Position numbers and translations under genes: made by a program
Shown here: one piece after another, positions 1 through 8,800 of the stretch
Layout of the letters: each line of letters begins with the position of its first letter
Numbering within the stretch: the first letter of the stretch is position 1
Notes under the pieces: model-generated
Database searches by the model: none
What the model was told of the DNA's origin: nothing
The model's input: the letters and a program-made list of their open reading frames with translations, nothing else
IMG/VR virus record: IMGVR_UViG_3300013131_000162
Coordinates: 1 to 30,927 of that record
Direction: 5' to 3' (one strand)
DNA: 30,927 nucleotides
Source of the DNA: a virus
Lineage: Duplodnaviria; Caudoviricetes

Positions 1-108
1 CGCCTTCTCCGCGAGATGGCGGCGGACTTCGCGCGTTATGCGGTGAAAGACGGCGGATGCTCCGAGGATGAGCTCGACGCGGCCCGCGCCAAGTGGAGGC
101 TCTCGTGA
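1..108 (+). CDS. Hypothetical protein, 3' end only (…RLLREMAADFARYAVKDGGCSEDELDAARAKWRLS*)
   Basis: Frame is open from base 1 to TGA at 106-108 with mostly G/C-ending codons; the stop overlaps the next GTG start (GTGA). Confidence 0.65.
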   Translation, partial: RLLREMAADFARYAVKDGGCSEDELDAARAKWRLS

Positions 109-179
109 GATACCTCTCCGTGTGCTCCGGCACGAAGCGCCACGCGCCGGAATGCATCGTCGAGGAGGCGGGGCTGTGA
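105..179 (+). pseudogene. 24-aa mini-ORF MRYLSVCSGTKRHAPECIVEEAGL; probable deletion relic of a C5-cytosine DNA methyltransferase gene
   Basis: GGAGG at 95-99, GTG at 105, TGA at 177-179; GTGA overlaps at both ends. The first nine residues MRYLSVCSG match the motif-I start of a common class of phage C5-MTases (MRYLSVCSGIEAA…), after which similarity stops. Confidence 0.6.
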
Positions 180-646
180 TCCTCGGCGTAGACCCCGGAG
201 GTAGCGGAGCCATCGCCTGCATCGACGACGGAGGTGAGCCGAGCTGGATCAAGCTCGACTCCACCGAGGCCGACATCGCGCACGCCGTCGCAAGCTGGGA
301 CGCCGAGCACGTCGTCGACTTCGCTTTCATCGAGCGTGTTCACTCCATGCCGAAGCAGGGCGTCAGCTCGAGCTTCAAGTTCGGGCAGAGCTACGGATTC
401 CTGCGCGGCATCCTCGTGGCGCTCTCCATCCCATTCGAGGAAGTGACGCCGCAGACGTGGCAGAAGTCGATGGGCTGCATGTCGAAGGGAAACAAGAACG
501 TCACGAAGGCACGCGCTCAGCAGTTGTTTCCGGGCGTCAAGATCACACACGCCAACGCCGACGCACTCCTCATTGCAGAGTATGGCAGGCGCGTGTGGGA
601 GTCACGGCGCTCCGTTGCCGTTCCGGAACACAAACAGGTCGAGTAG
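176..646 (+). CDS. ruvC: RuvC-like Holliday junction resolvase (phage type), 156 aa
   Basis: Motifs ILGVDPGGSGAIA, FIERVHSMPKQGVSSSFKFGQSYG, VTPQTWQK and ADALLIA carry the RuvC acidic catalytic residues. Start moved from 68 to GTG176 because of AGGAGG at 163-168 and because RuvC begins at this beta-strand. Confidence 0.9.
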   Translation: MILGVDPGGSGAIACIDDGGEPSWIKLDSTEADIAHAVASWDAEHVVDFAFIERVHSMPKQGVSSSFKFGQSYGFLRGILVALSIPFEEVTPQTWQKSMGCMSKGNKNVTKARAQQLFPGVKITHANADALLIAEYGRRVWESRRSVAVPEHKQVE

Positions 647-835
647 CCGCCACACGAACGCCGCTGGAATGACCACCAGCGCGAGCTTGTACCCGATGAG
701 CATGTTCTGCTCGATCCGATAGAGACGCATCGAGAGCCCAGGTTTCTCCGGGTCCTGACCGTACACGTCACCCTTGAGTTGAGCAACGTCACCCCGGAGC
801 GATTCGACGTGGGCTTCGATGTGTTCCATGTTCAT
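602..835 (-). CDS. Small membrane protein, possible holin/lysis accessory (77 aa)
   Basis: N-terminal amphipathic/coiled segment followed by one hydrophobic stretch (LALVVIPAAFVWRLLDLFVF); last gene of the late operon; ATGA-coupled to the tail fibre stop. Holin role is inferred from position and shape only. Confidence 0.55.
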   Translation of the reverse strand: MNMEHIEAHVESLRGDVAQLKGDVYGQDPEKPGLSMRLYRIEQNMLIGYKLALVVIPAAFVWRLLDLFVFRNGNGAP

Positions 836-2451
836 GTCTCGAATCTACGGAGTCTGACTATGCCTCGGAAGGGGCCTTCTGCTGTGCCGCTGAGAATGCG
901 TACAGCGATGATCGACTTCGACGCGATGGTGGTGGAAAGCAGCTCCTCGGTCGCGTCCGACTGTAGCGTCGTGGAAAGCTGCGCACTGGCACCGATTGCC
1001 ACGCCATCGTCCCACACCTCGACAACGACCGTGCCGCCCGGCGTGGTGGCTTGGTTGAGCGAAATGCCGACGACCTTCGTTGCGAATCCGAACAGGTGCC
1101 CTACGGTCGCGCTGTAGGTGGGAAACGCCGCGACCTCGCCAAGCTCCGCGTAGGCGCTTCCGGCCAAGTCCGCGCTGTTGCCGTAGGGGATCTCGTAGAC
1201 CCCGATGGAGAGCCATCCGCCCGCCGTGGCGTTGTAGCTGTACGCGACCTTGTGGGTCGTGTGGTAGAAGTGCTGGCCGTCTGCAACCGACGTGGGGAAC
1301 GTCGTGCCGGACCAGCGAGGGAACGCCACTTCGGTCGAGGCGTCCTTGAACCACGGGATCGCCGGGAAGTTGGCTGGACCCTTCCACTCGGCGTCGCCAG
1401 TGAGGTCGCCGGTCATCAGGCCGGGACCGCCGCCGCTCATGCGCGCGATCTTGCCGACTGTGACCTCGAGGTTGCCGATCTTGGCTGTCGTGATCGCGCC
1501 GTCCGCGATGGCGTTCGTGCCGACCTGTGCCCACACGATCAGCCCGCCGCTCTCGCGCAGCACAAGGTTCGAGCCGCTCGTGGTGGCGATGTCCGCAGGA
1601 TCGCCGACCGAGTTGGCCGAGCGCCCGATGACGGAGAGCGCCGCAGAGTCGCGCAGCTCGGCGTTGCCGACCGCGCCCGCCGCGATGTCCGGGTTGGGGT
1701 ACGTCCCGGCCAGGTCGCCGCCCGCGCTACCTGTAGGCGCTCGAGCGTCAGAGAGCCTGGAGTCGTTCCCGGCACACGCCTGCGTGCTGCCCGTGCCCAG
1801 TGTGCGTAGGGAGCCGGTTGCCGCCGCCGCGTCCACGGCCATCTGGTCAGAGCCGCCCGGCTGATGGTTCGTCGCGTGTGCCGTGGGTGTGCGCGCGTTC
1901 GAGAGGCGCGAGTCGTTGCCCTGGACGACGACGCCAGCCGCAGTCTCCCCGTCCGTGGCGAGCTCGACGGCACCCTTGGCCGTGGTCGTAGCGTCGCTGA
2001 TGGCGAGAGTCCGGTTGGCGCTGAGGTCGCCGCCGCCGGTCAGCGGGGCCGTGGTTGAGATCGTGCGCGAGGTTGGCACCTTCGCCGCAAGGTCGGTCGT
2101 GAGGTTGGTGACCTTGGCCTGCGCGATGGCGCCGACGTTGGCCTTTGCCTGCCCTGCGGTCCCGAGGTCCCACGTCACTTCCGCCGTGTCGGTCACAAGG
2201 CGCTCGGCGGAAAGCCCGCCATCAAGCGCGCCGACGAGGTACTGCGCTGTGGTAGGTGCGCCTCCGCCACCGCCGCCTGTGCCAAACGGCCCAACCCACG
2301 CAGCGCCGTCCCACGAGTAGACACCGACAGAGCCCGTCGTCAGGCTCACCATGTCGCCCACGAAGTCTCCAGAGCCCGGCAGCGCGTCGAGAAACCTGAT
2401 CGGGCTCTCGCGCTGGAACTCGCCGGAGGAGTCGGGGCCGTAGGTGGGCAT
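832..2451 (-). CDS. Tail fibre / receptor-binding protein (539 aa)
   Basis: G/A/T-rich protein with typical fibre motifs: ATTTAKGAVELAT, two GNDSRLSxARxPT repeats, AGGDLAGTYPNP, IADGAITTAKI, two 'FP…G…Y.W/Y…W' knob-like motifs, and a beta-rich C-terminal tip. Confidence 0.82.
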   Translation of the reverse strand: MPTYGPDSSGEFQRESPIRFLDALPGSGDFVGDMVSLTTGSVGVYSWDGAAWVGPFGTGGGGGGAPTTAQYLVGALDGGLSAERLVTDTAEVTWDLGTAGQAKANVGAIAQAKVTNLTTDLAAKVPTSRTISTTAPLTGGGDLSANRTLAISDATTTAKGAVELATDGETAAGVVVQGNDSRLSNARTPTAHATNHQPGGSDQMAVDAAAATGSLRTLGTGSTQACAGNDSRLSDARAPTGSAGGDLAGTYPNPDIAAGAVGNAELRDSAALSVIGRSANSVGDPADIATTSGSNLVLRESGGLIVWAQVGTNAIADGAITTAKIGNLEVTVGKIARMSGGGPGLMTGDLTGDAEWKGPANFPAIPWFKDASTEVAFPRWSGTTFPTSVADGQHFYHTTHKVAYSYNATAGGWLSIGVYEIPYGNSADLAGSAYAELGEVAAFPTYSATVGHLFGFATKVVGISLNQATTPGGTVVVEVWDDGVAIGASAQLSTTLQSDATEELLSTTIASKSIIAVRILSGTAEGPFRGIVRLRRFET

Positions 2452-2822
2452 CAGGTCACCGTGATCGTGATGCGCGCCGTGCGCGGGTCAGATCCCGAGA
2501 CGGCTGTGACGGTGTAGTCCGTGGCACCCGATGCGGCGGTCGGTGTCCCCGAGATGGCCCCAGTGCCGTTGTGGAGGGACAGCCCCGCCGGTAGGGACGG
2601 CTGGACGTAGAAGTACCGCGGCTGGATTCCAACGACGGTCGGAAGCGCCGGCGTCATCGCCACGTTTCTGGTCAGCGTCAGCGGGCTTGCGTACGCGATT
2701 GAGGTCGTGCTGCGCGGCTCGGCCGGAAGCGACACGGCATCGAACGGGTCACCCTTTGTCACGCCGCCAGGGAAAGCCGCGAGCTTCGAGGTCCACTGTC
2801 GAGCGGGTCGCTGTGCAGTCAT
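2451..2822 (-). CDS. Small Ig-like domain protein (putative Ig / He_PIG-like), 123 aa
   Basis: Start at ATG 2822 (ATGA overlap with the upstream stop at 2819); contains LPAGLSLHNGTGAISGTPTAASGATDYTVTA, the putative-Ig signature; TGATG overlap with the fibre start. Confidence 0.8.
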   Translation of the reverse strand: MTAQRPARQWTSKLAAFPGGVTKGDPFDAVSLPAEPRSTTSIAYASPLTLTRNVAMTPALPTVVGIQPRYFYVQPSLPAGLSLHNGTGAISGTPTAASGATDYTVTAVSGSDPRTARITITVT

Positions 2823-5800
2823 CGCGGCATGAAGATTGACTCGGCCTCGGACGGCTGGCGCATCTGCAACACGTTCTCGAATGCCTGCCCTCCCTGCAAG
2901 GCCCGAGGCGCCCCCTTGGCTCCAAGGATCTCGTCGACCGTGGCTCGCCCCTCGGCCGGCAGCGGCGGCAGGCGGACCCCAGCTCGAGCGTACTGGACAA
3001 GGATGTTGGCCCAGGTCTTGTGCGCCGCAGAGCCTTTGGACGGCATCTGCACGTCGTTGATGAGCGGGGCGAGGTGGCCCATGACAGCCTGGTCGTTGTC
3101 TTTGATTTGCTCGGCCCACCACGCCAGCAGGCTCGTGCCTGACGGATCTGACAGGGCGTTCATCATGCCGGCTCGGAACAGCCCTTTGGGCATCTCGCGC
3201 CCCTCGCCGGCCATGAACAGCCACGAGAGCCCATCCTGGGTGAAAGTGTCTGTTGTCAGCCAGCGGCGCAGGAACTCGACGGCGTGGGGCCGCACCGTCT
3301 CCGGGAGGTCGGCCACCGAGCGCATCAGGATTCCCTTGGGCTCGTAGCCGGGTTCGAGGTCGAAGCCCCCGCCGGGCGCCGGTACGGAGTGCTGCATCAG
3401 CTCCAGGGTGGCTCCAACCACGCGCTCGCTCAGGGTCACCTCGGCCTCGGCGGGGTCGCCGGCCTTGTCGAAGTGCTGCTCGTAGAGGTCGCCCAACATG
3501 ACGGCCATCTGCATCATCCCCCACCGGCCGGCCCGGGTCTTGTCCCGACCCTGCTCCGAGCTCGCCTGGAAGCCTGGTCCGTAGACCTCGGACAGCAGAG
3601 CCGTCCAGGCGTCCTCAGATGCGCCCAGGGGCGGCCTGGCGTACATGGCCCTCGACGGCCACATGACGCGCAGGGCGCTTGCAGCGAGAGCGCCAGAGGC
3701 ATCCTGCGAGTTGTAGAAGCGGTCGACGCCGCGCAGGGCCTCCCGCCAGCTCTTACCGTTCAGGACGGCGTTCTCGCCGATGAAGATGCCCTCCGGGGTG
3801 AACATCCCCAGCCTGGGGTACAGCAGGCCGGCCGTGCCCAAGGTCGAGAACGTCTTGCTGGCGAGCGCCTCGGTGACGCTGCCCTTGCCGCCGAGAGCCT
3901 GGATGAGCGGATCGTCTGCCGTCAACACGCCAGCGGCCGTCCCGAACACAGCTTGAGCTGTGAGGCCGAGGATGCGGCTGACGCCCTGGAGGCCCTCTCG
4001 AGCCTTCCCTTCGCCGGCTCCAAGCACGTTTGACACCAGGGACGCCTGGGTCCTGGCGCGGCCCATCAGGAACCCGGTGGGCGACAGCTCGCTCAGGGAG
4101 GCGCTGCGGGCCTCTCCGCCGTGCTTGGGCATGGGGATGGCCCAGGGGTCGCCCCCGCCGGCGACGTTGGCCCATAACGCCCTAGCCTCACTGACGGCCT
4201 TCTCTGGCAGGCGCATCCCGCCCCCGACGAAGCCTACGCGGGAGCCGTTGAGCGCCCGCTCGTACGCTTCGCGCTCCGACTCGTGCATCGCCATCCAGCT
4301 CACTGCCCCTTGCCGCGAGGCCGCCATCTCCTCCTCCATGCGCTGACGCTCCTCGTCGCCCATGAGCGCCCAGATCCCCGACTTGACCCCGTAGGTCACC
4401 GCTGACGCGAAGGCGACCCCGATGGGGTTCGTGATGTGCCACTGGAGCATCTGTGGCGCCATCGTCTGCGGGTAGGAGTAGAAGCGGTTGCGCAGCAGGG
4501 TCGCAATGAGCATCCGTGGCCACGCCTTGCCGATGCCGAACTTCGTGCCAGGGACCTTCCACTGGCCCTGCGCCTTCTGCCAGGCCACGTTTCCGTACGG
4601 CGTGTGCATCGACAGCCAACGCCTCGACGCCGAGGTTGTGTCGCCGACGTTGCCAGTGCGCTCGAGCGCGGCCTGCATGACCTTGGTGCCCGGCACGTCA
4701 GGGTGCTCTCGGGACATCCGCAGGAAGGCCGGGTACTTGAAGGTGAAGATCTCGAGCAGGTGCCGCATCGCGCCGTACTGCTGCATGGCGCGCGCGTGCG
4801 CCGCAGGGTCCGGCTCATCCATCAGGCGAGCGATGGACTCGTCGACGTGTTCGAGCCCGTGCGCGCTCGACTTGGCGATCTGCGCGATGCGGGCCGCAAG
4901 GCGGTCCCTCTGCGAGAGCGTGATCCCGGCACGGGAAGCGTGCTCTTCGAGCTGTGACTCCAGCGCCGCGCGAAGCTGTGCCGGGCTCTCCGACGAGATG
5001 CCCGTTGCGCTGGCGATCTCGGGTCCAATGACGGCGTAGACAGAGGACGAGGCGCCGGCTGTGTCGAGGAACCGCTTGGCGCGCTGGAGGTGTGCCCACT
5101 CTGCGACGGACCACCCATCGGCCGGCTCAAGCCCACTCGGGCTCCGCGGGGCGCCATCCTTGACCCATCTGCTGTAGAGCTCCCACGCGCGGAGCCCCTG
5201 GTAGGTGTCGGTGCTCTTGACGCCGAAGTGCCCACCGATGAAGTCCGTCAGCGGAACTGCGCGGCCGACATGGTTGTTCATCGCGGAGGAGAGGTAGTCC
5301 AGCGACATCGCCGCCGGACGCAGCGCCGTCAGCCCGCGCTTCATGAAAGATCCGGCGAGGTCGACCGTGCGCCCGATCTCTTTCAGTGCGCTTCCGCCTG
5401 GAGATGTGAACGCCTCCTCTGTGAGTAGGCCGATCTCCTGCTGGAGACTGCGCGGCAAGTAGACCGGGCCGTCCGGGCCTTCGCCCAGCCACGTCTGGAT
5501 CATTTGCGTCAGCTCGGCGCTGTAGGCCATCTTGCCCGGCGTCGGTGGAGCGCCCTCCTTCGCCATCGACTCCTGGAGCGTCTGGAGACGGAACGAGGTC
5601 AACAGCGTGTCCGTCTCGTAGCGCCCGGTGTTTGCCAGGTCTTCCATCGCCGAGAGGAGCGACTGCCCCTTGCCGGGCTTGATCCGAACGCCAGCGAGCG
5701 CGTAGTCCTCGGCGTCGAGCGGGTGCATCTTCCGCAGTTCGTTCGCCGACACGAAGGAGCTGCCGTGGATCGGCTCGAACCAAGCATTCGACGCGCGCAG

Positions 5801-8800
5801 CAGCGTGCTCCAGCTCTCGACGCTCTTGGTGACGAGGTACGGCGCGTCGAAGATCCGCATGGCCGACCCAACGATGTCAGGCGCTCCGTCCTCGCGCAGC
5901 ATCGCGCGCCCGATGTCCGACACAGGGACCTCGCCGCTCGCAACCGCACCAGAGACGCTCGCAACATCCTCGCGCACGAACCGCGTCATCAGATACTTGC
6001 CGCCGCGCGCCGCTATCTGCTCCTTGCTCAACCACGGACGAGCCAGGTCAGTGATCGTCGCCATCAGTTCCGTGTAGTCCTGGTACACGCGGAACAGGTA
6101 GCCCGTGCCGGCCATGCGCGCCTCGAAGTCCGCTGGACTACGGGCGTCCTGGAAGCTGCCGCTCTCGACTCCGCGCACGAAAAACTCGCTGTGCTCCAGC
6201 GGCATCCGTCGCCCCTGGAACGGGGCGCTCATCGCCTTGGCGATTGCCGCCGCGCGCATTTCGAGGTGCCGCATCTCGCTGGCCTTGCGCGCGATGGTGA
6301 ACATGCCGCGCCGCACAGCGCCCTGGGTCGCCTCAGACTGCGGGCGAGAGAGCGGCCCAGCGCTGAAGATGTTGATGCCAGGCCACGAGCCCGCTTCGGT
6401 TGCCCCACGAAACAGCTTGCGCACCCAAGGGCGCTGCATGAACCGCTGGAAGGTCGGGTTGGCGTAGATCTTATTCCAGGAGATCCGAGGCTCGATGCTA
6501 GAGAACTTGTGTCCTGCGAACGCCACAGGCAATCCGGAGAACATCTGGAAGTCGCCAAGCTCCTCGTGCCCGCGAACCTGCTCCCACATCCGCTCCACGA
6601 GGTCGCGTTTCATCTGGTCGAGCGCGGCCTGCTTGATGATGCCGAACTCGTCCAAGGCGCCGTGCTTCTTGAAAAACTCGACCGTCTCCGGCTTCGGATC
6701 GCGCGTCAGGCGCATCGAGTCGAGCGCGTCGAACAGGATGTCCACAGCGGCGCGTTCTGGTGTCCCCGTCTCGTAGATCGAGGATATCGCGCCGCGCACA
6801 TCGGCGATCATCTCGCGCGCGGCGGCGACGTGCTGCTGCATCTCCTCTTTCGAGGCGCGGCCCTCTAGGAGCATCGTGTCTCCGTCCGCGAGGCGCAGAA
6901 CGGCCTCTGTCACCTCCGGGCTCGAGCGCGTGGCCTCTTCGCCGACTACGCCCATCGCCTTGAGGTCGTCGGCCAGGCGTTGCGAGCGCGTGGCGTATGC
7001 CTCCGTGCGCTCCTTGATCGTTGCCGGGCGGCTGGCAAAGGCGGCGCCGGGATCGCCCTCGGATGCTTGCCGGCGAAGATCCATCACCTGAGCCTCGATC
7101 TCGTCGGGCTTCATCCCGGCGTAGTTTGGATCGCCGGAGAATGTGTCCTGGATGAACTTGCTGCGCTCGGCCGGGTCGAGCGGGAGAGGGGCTTCGCCGG
7201 ACTCGATGCCGCGCCGCCACTGAGCCGCGCCTTCCGTCTCAACGCGCGCTACGTGAGCCTCGTGCTCCTTCGTAAGCCTCGCATCGTCAGGGTGGTAGCG
7301 GTTCTCGACAAGCGCGTTGACGAACTCGTTGATGTCTGGACGCTCGCCCGGGAAAAATCCCTCCTCCCACGCACGCTCGGCCATGTCGTCCAACTTCATC
7401 CCCTTGCCGGACTTCGCGGAGTAGACGACGGTTCGCCCGTCTTTGCGCGGGTTGTCGCGGCGCGTGAGCGACTTGAGATCCTCCGAGTAGACGATGCCGC
7501 CGTTCATGGCAACGAAATCTTGGAGCGTCTTCGGCTGGCGTCGAGCACTGGAGGACTTTAGCAGGCGGTCGGTGTTGGCCTTTTGCCACGCGGCGCGCAC
7601 CGCTATTGCAACCTCGACAAGCGTCCTTCCGGCTTCGATGGCCTCGCGCCCTTCCGGGAACTTCTCCGCCAGCCAGTCCACCGTCTTCTTTCCGCTGGCA
7701 ACGCGCTCGATGGCGGTTTTGAGCGATGGCCGCCCCTTCTCTCCCTTCACCTTCGTCTCGACGACAACGATGAGCGGAGCCTTGCCGGCGTTCTCAGGAA
7801 TGTGCTGTGCGCGCTGGTACAGATCGGCGGCTTGCTTGAGGGAAATAGGCGAGTGCGTGCCACCGCCCTTCGCCGTGAAGTCGAGTCCGCCAGGCGCCTC
7901 GGGCGTGACGGGCACACGTTCGGACTTCGCGCGCATCGCCGCGATCCCAACGAGATCCGTCCCTTCGCCTTCCATGACGGGAAGCTCAGACTGCTTCGGC
8001 ACCGCAGCGGCAGCGCGAGCCTCCGCGTCGTAGTGGTCCAGCATCCGCATCCAGATAGGACGCGGCACGTCAGACAGGCGCTTGAACTGCTCGGCCTCGT
8101 CGCCTTCCTTCTCGCGCAGGTACTTGTTGACCGCGTTGAGGGCGTGCTTGTGATCGGAGAATCCGATGTCCTGGAGCGTCTGCTTTTCGATCTCGCCGAG
8201 CAGGTACTTCGGCTGCTGCGCCTTGATCCCGGCGAGCGCACCCTGGCCGATCGTGATGCTTGTCTCGAACCTCTCGCGCGCAGTCGAATCGGGGTTGTAC
8301 GGAATGGAGCGCGGCCTGTGCTGATCTTGGCTCGGCTCTCCGCGCTCGGGATGCCACCCCATCAGCGTTCGGATCGCCTGGAGGTTCGACTCGCGCGCCG
8401 CCATCGTCTCGCGCGCAGACTGGTTCGTCTTGATGAGACCCTTGAAGACGTTGGGCGCCGTCTTGCGGTACAGGTCGAACTTGTCCCACACCTGGCGCAC
8501 GTCCTCGCTGGCGCGCGGAGACGCGAGGCGTTCCGCCACAGAGCGCATCATTTGCCGTCCCGCCGGACTGCGGAACAGGTCGTTCATCTTGCGCCGGACG
8601 GCCGGCCCCGCCTGCAACGCCGTCCCGAGCGCGAAACCCATGCCGGTCGCCAGCGCGTTCGGACTCAGGAGGCTCTGCCAGAATGAGCCGAAGCCACCTT
8701 CCTCTTGCACCTCGCCGAAGGCGTGGACGTACATGCCCGTCAGCATCGAGTCGATGGTGCGCTTCGCCATGTCGCGCGTGACGCCGCGCGCCTCGATCTT

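Noticed and set aside
68-175. N-terminal extension of RuvC from ATG 68
   Set aside because: It overlaps two better-supported coupled ORFs, and GTG176 has a strong SD and matches the normal RuvC start.
832-2451. Diversity-generating retroelement target in the fibre tip
   Set aside because: No template repeat, reverse transcriptase or near-identical repeat pair differing at adenines was seen in the window.
2823-3524. Upstream part of the 357-aa ORF 2451..3524
   Set aside because: Arg/Gly/Pro-rich alternate-frame translation inside the 2432-aa gene; only the part from ATG 2822 is protein-like.
6090-6190. Possible lytic transglycosylase motif (VRGVESGSFQDARSP) in the giant ejection protein
   Set aside because: An ES dipeptide is present but the following GLMQ-like and AYNAG-like motifs are not; too weak without a profile search.
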